This document shows, piece by piece, positions 1 to 6,541 of a stretch of 64,000 nucleotides of DNA (the stretch's first letter is position 1; the number at the start of each line of letters is the position of its first letter). The notes below the pieces were generated by a model. The model did not search any database. It was not told where the DNA came from and worked only from the letters and a program-made list of their open reading frames with translations. Location of the stretch: the IMG/VR virus record IMGVR_UViG_3300031555_004309, positions 1-64,000 of that record. The stretch is one strand, 5' to 3'. The DNA comes from a virus. Lineage: Duplodnaviria; Caudoviricetes. The translations under genes and the position numbers were made by a program.

Positions 1-31
1 CATAAAATCCTTCAAAAGTCAAGATTCTTAT

Positions 32-103
32 TGGAGAGGAAGGTGAGAGTCGGACTCACTTTAGTGGCTTTGCAGGCCACTGCCTTTCCGAAAGGACTTC
101 CCC
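32..103 (-). tRNA. tRNA-Cys(GCA)
   Basis: Cloverleaf; anticodon arm GTGGC-CTGCAAA-GCCAC; U73 and encoded CCA; short D arm; T-loop TCCGACT. Confidence 0.85.
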
Positions 104-106
104 AAA

Positions 107-193
107 TGGCGCCGTGTGAGAGAATCGAACTCCCGCTCCTTTTACAGAGTGCTGTTTTCAAGACAGTTTATCAAGCCAACTGAAATACACGGC
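107..193 (-). tRNA. tRNA-Ser(TGA)
   Basis: Anticodon loop CTTGAAA; long variable arm; GTTCGA; G73-CCA. Confidence 0.9.
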
Positions 194-196
194 ATA

Positions 197-272
197 TGGC
201 ACGCCCAATAGGATTTGAACCTATAATCTTTCGGTTCGTAGCCGAATATTCTTTCCGTTGAACTATGGACGC
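197..272 (-). tRNA. tRNA-Arg(ACG)
   Basis: TTCGG-CTACGAA-CCGAA; GGTTCAAATCC; CCA end. Confidence 0.92.
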
Positions 273-278
273 ATATAA

Positions 279-353
279 AGCCAAGCAGAGCAGATATTAG
301 CGATCTGTTTCAGTCTTAGGGTGGCCATCTCCCTTTGTCTGGTTACTTGGCTA
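279..353 (-). ncRNA. tRNA-sized structured RNA inside tRNA operon (unassigned)
   Basis: Terminal stem AGCCAAGT/GCTTGGCT with internal hairpins AGGG/CCCT and CAGAT/ATCTG; no canonical anticodon or T-loop. Confidence 0.5.
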
Positions 354-430
354 TGGCACGCCAGGTAGGACTTAAACCTACGACCTATTGATTAGAAGTC
401 AATTGTTCTATTCATCTGAACTACTGGCGC
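354..430 (-). tRNA. tRNA-Arg(TCT)
   Basis: ATTGA-CTTCTAA-TCAAT; CCA end. Confidence 0.92.
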
Positions 431-437
431 GTATAAA

Positions 438-510
438 TACTCGCTGACGGACTTGAACCGCCGACCACCAATTTGTAAGAATGGCACTCTACCAACTGAG
501 TTAAGCGAGT
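438..510 (-). tRNA. tRNA-Val(TAC)
   Basis: Anticodon loop CTTACAA; GGTTCAAGTCC; CCA not encoded. Confidence 0.9.
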
Positions 511-518
511 ATATGAAG

Positions 519-590
519 TACCCCGTACTGGACTTGAACCAGTATCTGACAGATTAAGAGTCTGCGATTCTACCATTAAACTAACGAGGT
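519..590 (-). tRNA. tRNA-Lys(CTT)
   Basis: GCAGA-CTCTTAA-TCTGT; GGTTCAAGTCC; CCA not encoded. Confidence 0.9.
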
Positions 591-593
591 ATA

Positions 594-680
594 TGGCGCG
601 GAGCGTTGTACTCGAAACAAACACCGTGAAGTGCGCATTGCTTAGCAGGCAAGCAGCAAGACCTCTTGCTTTCACTCCGC
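594..680 (-). tRNA. tRNA-Ser(GCT)
   Basis: Anticodon loop CTGCTAA; long variable arm; G73-CCA. Confidence 0.88.
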
Positions 681-683
681 ATA

Positions 684-757
684 TGGCAGGGGAAGTAGGA
701 CTTGAACCTACATCCTTCGGTTTTGGAGACCGCAATTTTTCATTAAACTACTCCCCT
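684..757 (-). tRNA. tRNA-Trp(CCA)
   Basis: AGGGGAG acceptor; loop CTCCAAA; G73-CCA. Confidence 0.92.
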
Positions 758-762
758 ATATT

Positions 763-849
763 TGGTGGGCAGGGTTGGAGTTGCACCAACGGTGTTTCTT
801 GTGTGGGAGTTTTACAGACTCTTGCCCTCGCTGCTAGGCATACCTACCC
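763..849 (-). tRNA. tRNA-Tyr(GTA)
   Basis: Loop CTGTAAA; extended variable arm; A73-CCA. Confidence 0.88.
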
Positions 850-853
850 ATAT

Positions 854-930
854 TGGTACTGGAGGTGGGAGTTGAACCCACAAACGCTTGTTTCTAAGAC
901 AAGTCTCTATGCCAATTCGAGTACTCCAGC
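854..930 (-). tRNA. tRNA-Leu(TAG), short variable loop
   Basis: CTTGT-CTTAGAA-ACAAG; A73-CCA. Confidence 0.85.
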
Positions 931-934
931 ATAT

Positions 935-1010
935 TGGTACAGGTGGTGGGAGTCGAACCCGACTTAACCACGATTAAAAGTCGTGTGCCTGACCGTTAGG
1001 CTACACCTGT
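935..1010 (-). tRNA. tRNA-Lys(TTT)
   Basis: CACGA-CTTTTAA-TCGTG; GGTTCGACTCC; CCA. Confidence 0.9.
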
Positions 1011-1014
1011 ATAA

Positions 1015-1089
1015 TGGTGGGAACGATAGGAATTGCACCTATACTGACAGAGCCACAATCTGTCGTGCTACTTTTACACTACGCACCCC
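1015..1089 (-). tRNA. tRNA-His(GTG)
   Basis: ACAGA-TTGTGGC-TCTGT; extra 5' G(-1); A73-CCA. Confidence 0.85.
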
Positions 1090-1094
1090 ATATT

Positions 1095-1210
1095 TGGTAG
1101 TCTGCGCACCCAGCCGTACGACTACCGTGGGCCCTGTTTATTTATATACCGCTACAAAACGTAATTAAATCGTTAAACTGATCAAGTTGTCTGGCGGCCA
1201 TCCAGCGGTT
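1095..1210 (-). ncRNA. two non-tRNA structured elements between tRNA-Gly and tRNA-His (unassigned)
   Basis: ACCGCTG/TAGCGGT-closed multi-hairpin (about 1148-1209) and GGTAGTC/GACTACC hairpin ending in CCA (about 1095-1126). Confidence 0.4.
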
Positions 1211-1214
1211 AATA

Positions 1215-1289
1215 TGGAGCCGAAGAAGGGAATTGAACCCTCATCTTCTCGTTGGCAACGAGAAATACTAACCATTATACTACTTCGAC
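1215..1289 (-). tRNA. tRNA-Gly(GCC)
   Basis: TCTCG-TTGCCAA-CGAGA; U73-CCA. Confidence 0.92.
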
Positions 1290-1291
1290 AT

Positions 1292-1368
1292 TGGTGGGAA
1301 GGAAGAGACTCGAACTCTTAAACATCAATTTTTGAGATTGACCGCTTTGCCAATTTGCGTACCCGCCC
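1292..1368 (-). tRNA. tRNA-Leu(CAA), short variable loop
   Basis: TCAAT-CTCAAAA-ATTGA; A73-CCA. Confidence 0.85.
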
Positions 1369-1371
1369 AAG

Positions 1372-1445
1372 TGGAACAGACAGGACTTGAACCTATAACC
1401 CACCGCTTATGAGGCGGTTGCCCTTACCAATTGTGCTACTGTTCC
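1372..1445 (-). tRNA. tRNA(CAT), probably Ile2 (lysidine type)
   Basis: ACCGC-CTCATAA-GCGGT resembles Firmicute Ile2 anticodon arm; CCA not encoded. Confidence 0.75.
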
Positions 1446-1449
1446 GTAG

Positions 1450-1521
1450 TGCCAGAAGAAGGAGTCGAACCTTCCTATTACACCGTATGAAGATGCTGTC
1501 GCGCCGATTGACTATTCTGGC
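1450..1521 (-). tRNA. tRNA-Met(CAT), elongator
   Basis: Loop TTCATAC typical of elongator Met; fully paired acceptor stem. Confidence 0.8.
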
Positions 1522-1524
1522 ATT

Positions 1525-1601
1525 TGGTAGGAGAGGGCGGGTTTGAACCGCCGACTTCGCGCTTATCAGACGCGTGCTCTGACCAACTGAACTACTCTCC
1601 T
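1525..1601 (-). tRNA. tRNA-Ile(GAT)
   Basis: CGCGT-CTGATAA-GCGCG; CCA. Confidence 0.93.
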
Positions 1602-1604
1602 ATA

Positions 1605-1681
1605 TGGTGGACGAGGCAGGGAATCGGACCCGCTCCTTCTGGGCTTCAACCAGACGCTTCTACCAAGTTAGCTTCCCGTCC
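1605..1681 (-). tRNA. tRNA-Phe(GAA)
   Basis: TCTGG-TTGAAGC-CCAGA; CCA; irregular T arm. Confidence 0.85.
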
Positions 1682-1685
1682 ATAT

Positions 1686-1764
1686 TGGTGGAGTATATGG
1701 GAATCGAACCCATCTGAATTTCTCCTTGCAAGGGAGACGACCACCCCAAGCAGTCCCATACCCC
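1686..1764 (-). tRNA. tRNA-Ala(TGC)
   Basis: G3:U70 pair; loop CTTGCAA; CCA; first tRNA of the operon. Confidence 0.92.
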
Positions 1765-1803
1765 AAATAAAAAAATCCTCCAGCGCTCTTGCACCAGAGG
1801 ATT
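1765..1803 (-). terminator. intrinsic terminator (attenuator) directly upstream of tRNA operon
   Basis: Minus strand AATCCTCTGGTGC-AAGA-GCGCTGGAGGATT followed by TTTTTATTT, ending at the first base of tRNA-Ala. Confidence 0.85.
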
Positions 1804-1828
1804 ACATCTATAAAATTAGACTATCTGC

Positions 1829-1936
1829 CTAACTTTTATCCTCTGATATATATAGAATATGATAAGGGCGTACTGAACTAAACCCACAATTCTTTGCGAG
1901 TTGAATGGCTTTTATTGTTCTCGTTTGCCACAACAT
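1829..1936 (-). CDS. 35-aa leader peptide MLWQTRTIKAIQLAKNCGFSSVRPYHILYISEDKS (putative attenuator)
   Basis: AAGGAGG RBS at 1946-1952; ATG...TAG; contains all 20 amino acids; 3' end forms an antiterminator with the downstream terminator. Confidence 0.8.
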   Translation of the reverse strand: MLWQTRTIKAIQLAKNCGFSSVRPYHILYISEDKS

Positions 1937-1969
1937 TGTTCAGTTCCTCCTTTTTCATTTTCTATATAT

Positions 1970-1998
1970 ATTATAACACGACTTCTTAAAAAAGTCAA
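1970..1998 (-). promoter_or_regulatory. sigma-A promoter of leader peptide/tRNA operon
   Basis: TTGACT-17 bp-TATAAT with extended -10 TG. Confidence 0.85.
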
Positions 1999-2068
1999 GA
2001 TTTTTATTTAAGAAATCTAATTTAAAGTATGATTTACATTAAGTGAATCTAAAAATTAATGCGTATCG

Positions 2069-2248
2069 TCAATTTTCAATTTCTTCAATGAGGGAATAAC
2101 TATCCTCGCCAGGGATTACCGCAAGACCGCCCCAAGTTCCGTGAAGCTGTCCCATATCATCAATGGAAGTTACATATCCCTGACGTCCCGTATACTCAGG
2201 CTCGTCTGTCATTCTCAAAATTCTAATATAGTCTCCTACTTTTGCCAT
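2069..2248 (-). CDS. DUF4314-like small protein (59 aa, below ORF-track cutoff)
   Basis: MAKVGDYIRILRMTDEPEYTGRQGYVTSIDDMGQLHGTWGGLAVIPGEDSY; GAGGAG RBS. Confidence 0.7.
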   Translation of the reverse strand: MAKVGDYIRILRMTDEPEYTGRQGYVTSIDDMGQLHGTWGGLAVIPGEDSYSLIEEIEN

Positions 2249-2249
2249 A

Positions 2250-2363
2250 TTATTTTCTCCTCTTTAACATAATAATGGCTACTACCAGTTGTGCAATATT
2301 AACAAGAAGAATAAACAAGGAGAAATTTCCTGAATATGCTTCATTGATAATATTCCACAACAT
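2250..2363 (-). CDS. 37-aa membrane peptide
   Basis: MLWNIINEAYSGNFSLFILLVNIAQLVVAIIMLKRRK; GAGGTG RBS; sigma-A promoter at 2392-2420. Confidence 0.6.
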   Translation of the reverse strand: MLWNIINEAYSGNFSLFILLVNIAQLVVAIIMLKRRK

Positions 2364-2427
2364 AGTTTCACCTCTTTTTTATTCTAATATTATTATATCA
2401 GAAAAGAGTAAAATTGTCAAGAAATTA

Positions 2428-3624
2428 TTATTCAACTGCCTTGAAGTTGTAAATAGGTACTATTCTTTCTATAATATCTACTGTTGGTTCAATAACAATC
2501 ATAATTTCTTCCATATCCTTATAAGCAAAAGGAGCTTCATCTATGGTGCCGACGCAGATAGTAGAAGAATATATCCCTTCCATTGAGTGTTGGAAATCCG
2601 CAAGAGTAATTTCCTTCTTGGCTTTTGCTCTTGACATAATACGACCTGCGCCGTGAGGTGCAGAGCAGTTCCAATCTTCATTACCCTTACCAACACAAAT
2701 CAATGAGCCATCTCTCATATTGAGAGGAATGATGCAAGTTTCTCCGCGTTGTGCAGAGATTGCGCCCTTACGGATTATGTTGTTTGTAAGGTCAATATAG
2801 TTATGGATTGAGTGGATAACAGTATCCGCTGCAGACCAGCCCATTAACTTCATCAATTCAAAAGACAATACTTGACGGTTCTTTCTTGCCCATTCTTGAC
2901 AAATCTTCATATCGTGGAGATAGTCTTGTGCGGCCGCGCCTTCTAAATAATCTAATTCAGAAGGATTATGGCGTGCTATCTTCTTTAATTCTTCTTGAAT
3001 ACGATATTCCTCACCTATTGACTTTAAATGGTTGATAAGTTCGAAACGGTCTTCATTATCAACTTCTGCCCAATGTTCTTGAGTACGAAGTTGATAAAAG
3101 TCTGCTACTTGCTTACCAAGATTACGAGAACCTGTATGAACAACAAGCCAATTATAGTTATCACCTTTATTAAGTTCTACAAAATGGTTGCCGCCACCCA
3201 AAGTACCGAGAGACTTGTATATCCAATCGTGATTCTTTAGGTTATCCCAGCAAAGAAGCCGAGAATATAAATCTTCTTGATATTCAGGAATAATAGCTTC
3301 CTCTCTTGCTGCGCGCCCAGACACTAATACCTTATGGCAGACTTCGTCAAACTTTTCAAGGTCTATTTCTTCCTTAAAAGGTATTGCTAAAACACCACAA
3401 CCTATATCTACACCCACTATATTTGGGCAGATCTTACCCTCATACTTCATTGTAGTGCCAATGACGCAACCTTTACCTGCGTGCGCATCTGGCATTATAC
3501 GAACATGAGCGTCTTCTCCTAAAGGAGAATTTGCAATAGATATAATTTGGCTTATTGCTTCTTGTTCTATTGTTTCTGCGAAGATTTTTACTTCGCCATA
3601 TTTTGAATTAAGTTCAAACATCAC
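2428..3624 (-). CDS. rtcB: RtcB family 3'-phosphate/5'-OH RNA ligase
   Basis: Motifs MPDAHAG, VGVDIGCG, GTLGGGNHF, HTGSR, HNY, RKGA, SAPHGAGR, DEAPFAYK. Confidence 0.95.
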   Translation of the reverse strand: MMFELNSKYGEVKIFAETIEQEAISQIISIANSPLGEDAHVRIMPDAHAGKGCVIGTTMKYEGKICPNIVGVDIGCGVLAIPFKEEIDLEKFDEVCHKVLVSGRAAREEAIIPEYQEDLYSRLLCWDNLKNHDWIYKSLGTLGGGNHFVELNKGDNYNWLVVHTGSRNLGKQVADFYQLRTQEHWAEVDNEDRFELINHLKSIGEEYRIQEELKKIARHNPSELDYLEGAAAQDYLHDMKICQEWARKNRQVLSFELMKLMGWSAADTVIHSIHNYIDLTNNIIRKGAISAQRGETCIIPLNMRDGSLICVGKGNEDWNCSAPHGAGRIMSRAKAKKEITLADFQHSMEGIYSSTICVGTIDEAPFAYKDMEEIMIVIEPTVDIIERIVPIYNFKAVE

Positions 3625-3675
3625 AGTTCTCCTTTCAATTTTATATTTATATTATATCAGAAAAAGACACTTTTG

Positions 3676-3903
3676 TCAAGTGTCTTTTTTCTCAAAATTT
3701 TCTATTGCTTCCCTTATTCTCTTTTCACTACTATATGGATTTACATATATCTCACAACCTGTTAAATAATCATAATCTTCAAGTACTGAATCAAGTCCAT
3801 TTTCAAGAATAAATTTATCAATAATACAACATTGGTCCATTAGCATATCTGCATAATATGCTCTTTCTTTAAGTGCTTCATCAATATATCTTGGTATTTC
3901 CAT
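3676..3903 (-). CDS. hypothetical phage protein
   Basis: Coupled ORF in minus-strand early gene cluster. Confidence 0.6.
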   Translation of the reverse strand: MEIPRYIDEALKERAYYADMLMDQCCIIDKFILENGLDSVLEDYDYLTGCEIYVNPYSSEKRIREAIENFEKKDT

Positions 3904-4295
3904 TATTTTTCCTCATTAAGATTTATATTTATTTGATATTCGTCTTGTATCACTGGTTGTGTACCTGTCATAAAATTTCGTATTGGTGTGTCTGTTTGTG
4001 TCATATAGGGCAAAGTACAATGACAAATACCTGAACCACCATTTGCAGGATTATTAGAACAATTCCTACAACATTCAGGCGAATTAAAAAATGAGCTGAG
4101 ATACCCCTGTTTAGAGATTTCCTTAAGAATTTCTATTTGTTCAGGATTTATGCTAATAGTTTTATCAGAAATGAGAACATGGGTTTGCCTTTGTTTAAGA
4201 GCCTCTATTGCAATATCAATGGCTTCGTCAAAAATCTCATTATCTATTTCTTCTTTTCCTAATTTTAAGAATTTTATTGCTTCTTGATCAGTCAT
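3903..4295 (-). CDS. hypothetical phage protein with Cys-rich motif
   Basis: MTxxEAI...AIDIAIEAL phage motif; CCRNCSNNPANGGSGICHC. Confidence 0.65.
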   Translation of the reverse strand: MTDQEAIKFLKLGKEEIDNEIFDEAIDIAIEALKQRQTHVLISDKTISINPEQIEILKEISKQGYLSSFFNSPECCRNCSNNPANGGSGICHCTLPYMTQTDTPIRNFMTGTQPVIQDEYQININLNEEK

Positions 4296-4458
4296 TCTTC
4301 GACCTCACTCTCAAACCATTTCTCACGATTTTCCCATAATTCTTGGTCTTTTTTGCTCGCTTTATAATCATACCATATACATTTAGTAATTATAATAAGA
4401 CATATTGTTCTAATAATCATAATTACAGACCACAAAATGAACATAAGTATTTGCTCTT

Positions 4459-4665
4459 TCATTTTGTTACCTCGCTTTCCATTCTTTTGTTCCATATCTC
4501 TACTTGTTTATATATATCTGTGTCAAGTGCAAATAGCCAAGTATTCGGTTCTATTTTACAACTCTTTTTATGAAACGCTGTAATATATGGGGTTTGCATT
4601 ACTACTCTTATATACGCCTCGCCGCCACAAAACGGACAAGGTTTCAAGGTAAATTCATTTTTCAT
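4459..4665 (-). CDS. Lar-family restriction alleviation / Zn-ribbon protein
   Basis: LKPCPFCGGEA...WNKR signature. Confidence 0.7.
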   Translation of the reverse strand: MKNEFTLKPCPFCGGEAYIRVVMQTPYITAFHKKSCKIEPNTWLFALDTDIYKQVEIWNKRMESEVTK

Positions 4666-5017
4666 TTTCTTCTACTCCTTTTATAGAATACTCATTGTAC
4701 CTTGCACAATCTACACAATATATATCTCCATAATACATATAATCTAAACAATCAATACAAGGAAAATCACAATAACTATCATTGGTATCTGTAATTACCT
4801 CGCTTTCCAATGGTTTGTTGGGCTTAATTCCCAAACTACTACAATAGTCTAAATAGTCATCAACTGCATTATGAAATTCCTCAACTATTTCTTTAGTTGT
4901 AGTGGCATGAAAGTTTACTAAATCGCTTATATATTCAATTTTGCCGTACAGAATTTTATCATCGGCGTCAAAATATATGCGAGTTGAGTATCCTTTATAT
5001 GATAAAATATTAGTCAT
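4655..5017 (-). CDS. HicB-family antitoxin-like protein (orphan)
   Basis: YKGY...LYGKIEYISDLVNFHA...EFHNAVDDYLDYC...PNKP; Cys-rich C-terminal extension. Confidence 0.8.
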   Translation of the reverse strand: MTNILSYKGYSTRIYFDADDKILYGKIEYISDLVNFHATTTKEIVEEFHNAVDDYLDYCSSLGIKPNKPLESEVITDTNDSYCDFPCIDCLDYMYYGDIYCVDCARYNEYSIKGVEENEK

Positions 5018-5231
5018 TCTCTTCTATTTCTCCTTCATCTCTCCACTTCACACCGTAATCATCATATCTATAAGTTTCGCCATATTCATCACACTGCAAT
5101 ATTTTTAATATTGCTAAAGCATTTGTTTGACTATCTACAAATAATATGGGTGTGCTTCGATATAGTATTAAAAATCGTCCTAAAAATGGCTCTAATGTAT
5201 AATTACTTTCCATTCTTTTATAATCATTCAT
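5010..5231 (-). CDS. hypothetical phage protein
   Basis: Coupled ORF. Confidence 0.55.
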   Translation of the reverse strand: MNDYKRMESNYTLEPFLGRFLILYRSTPILFVDSQTNALAILKILQCDEYGETYRYDDYGVKWRDEGEIEEND

Positions 5232-5478
5232 TTTCTATTACCTCGCATTCCCCATCCATTTTTGCACCGCAGTTTTGACAGAAGTATCTTCCTGTGTCAG
5301 CTCCATATTGTTCTTCTCCGCAAACAGAACATATTTGACAACTCCCAGTCCATTCCCAATATCCGTGAACAATCGGTCCTGCTTCAACTGTTGGAGCATT
5401 GTCTAAATCATTTTTAGCTACTCCAACAAAATGACCATCATAGGATATTTTAAGTTTATCAGCATCAATTAATCTCAT
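5224..5478 (-). CDS. phage MRLIDAD-type Zn-ribbon protein
   Basis: MRLIDAD...APTVEA...CSVCG...FCQNCGAKMD. Confidence 0.7.
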   Translation of the reverse strand: MRLIDADKLKISYDGHFVGVAKNDLDNAPTVEAGPIVHGYWEWTGSCQICSVCGEEQYGADTGRYFCQNCGAKMDGECEVIENE

Positions 5479-5491
5479 TCTCTGCCACCTC

Positions 5492-5815
5492 TCACAAAAC
5501 TTCTGTCAAAATGCGAAATTCCTTAATCATCATATTTTCAACCGTAACCTCAACAGGCTTATTCACCAACTCACTCACATAATGACATTGTGCATCTGTC
5601 AAAATCTGATTTATATCATCAATAATCTTTGTGAAAGCACAGGCACGCGTGAGGGTTGGCCAATCACATTCCTTACTTATATTTTCACAATATTGGTTAG
5701 TACTTACACCAACACACCCCAGTATAAAAGTGAGCTGAAGCCCAAAGAGATATTCATTATCTTTCACCTGTCCAAATTCTGCTGAAGTAATTTTACCTAA
5801 TAATTTTTCAGTCAT
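5492..5815 (-). CDS. hypothetical phage protein
   Basis: Typical phage ORF with RBS. Confidence 0.6.
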   Translation of the reverse strand: MTEKLLGKITSAEFGQVKDNEYLFGLQLTFILGCVGVSTNQYCENISKECDWPTLTRACAFTKIIDDINQILTDAQCHYVSELVNKPVEVTVENMMIKEFRILTEVL

Positions 5816-5816
5816 A

Positions 5817-6065
5817 TTATATCTCCTTCTGATCTGTTACTATAAATTCCATTCTCATACGAGGAAATTCATTCATTTCCCATATCATTTCCGTCATAAC
5901 AGAATAAACTTCTGCTTCAATAACTCTTCCCATATGATTAAAACGAATAACATTTTTCCCTTGTATGTTAAAGTTTGTGAAATCGTGAAAGACAGTACCA
6001 CAATATTCACATTTAGAACTTGTAATAGGCGCGCCGCAATTCGGGCAATTTAACTTATCTTTCAT
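5817..6065 (-). CDS. zinc-ribbon protein
   Basis: NCPNCGAP...KCEYCGT; same motif in ORF 8127-8336. Confidence 0.65.
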   Translation of the reverse strand: MKDKLNCPNCGAPITSSKCEYCGTVFHDFTNFNIQGKNVIRFNHMGRVIEAEVYSVMTEMIWEMNEFPRMRMEFIVTDQKEI

Positions 6066-6130
6066 AATTACACTCCTTTTCTATTTTTATCTACTTATAT
6101 TATATCACAAAAATCTTCTTTTGTCAAGAA

Positions 6131-6163
6131 AGAAAAAGAGAGCCAGACGCATCTGACTCTCTT
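6131..6163 (-). terminator. intrinsic terminator of ncRNA operon
   Basis: AGAGAGTCAGA-TGCG-TCTGGCTCTCT plus T-tract. Confidence 0.8.
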
Positions 6164-6201
6164 AGGCATAGTCCGAAGACGTCCGCCGCAATTCGCTACA
6201 T

Positions 6202-6242
6202 AAAAAAGAAAAACAATCGCTAACTCGTACTTAGCGGTTATT
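6202..6242 (-). terminator. intrinsic terminator
   Basis: AACCGCTAA-GTACGAG-TTAGCGATT plus T-tract. Confidence 0.65.
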
Positions 6243-6249
6243 AAATATA

Positions 6250-6540
6250 TTTAACGACTTACAAGTTCGTGGAGTTACTTTGCCTTTTATTTTTGAGAAA
6301 GTCGTTTAGCCACTATGCCACATACCAAATTCTTCCGTCAACAACGAGGTCTGCACGTATGCCTAACTCCAAAAGTTTCTGTCGGTGGTAGTTTACTCTC
6401 ACGCTATAATCCATGTCTACGACTTTGAAAGATTTTCAGTTCTTTCCACTTTATCCACCAGCCTGTTTAATGTCACTTGGTGCGGGACAGAGAATACTAA
6501 GGGGCTGTATTCTTTACTCCACTAATGTAGGAGTCAACAA
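6250..6540 (-). ncRNA. unassigned structured RNA (about 290 nt) downstream of tRNA-fMet
   Basis: No credible minus-strand ORF; hairpins ACTCC/GGAGT, AGAATAC/GTATTCT, GAAAGA/TCTTTC; long-range TCTGTC/GACAGA, AAAGTCGT/ACGACTTT, TGGAGTTA/TAACTCCA. Confidence 0.5.
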
Positions 6541-6541
6541 T

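Noticed and set aside
279-353. Resemblance to RNase P RNA ends or a pistol ribozyme
   Set aside because: No GAGGAAAGUCC/P4 element, far too short for RNase P, and the pistol core is not matched.
1095-1136. Possible HDV-like theta ribozyme
   Set aside because: Not directly 3' of a tRNA, and the segment between the P2 and P1 strands is too short for P3/L3.
421-1832. ORF-track calls 421-735, 593-967, 983-1168, 1524-1832
   Set aside because: They overlap the tRNA array and are spurious translations of tRNA sequence.
6250-6512. tmRNA (GGGGCTGTA on plus strand; AAAATAAAAGGCAAA resume-like motif)
   Set aside because: The motifs are on opposite strands; no T-arm/CCA end and no Ala-Ala-ending tag frame.
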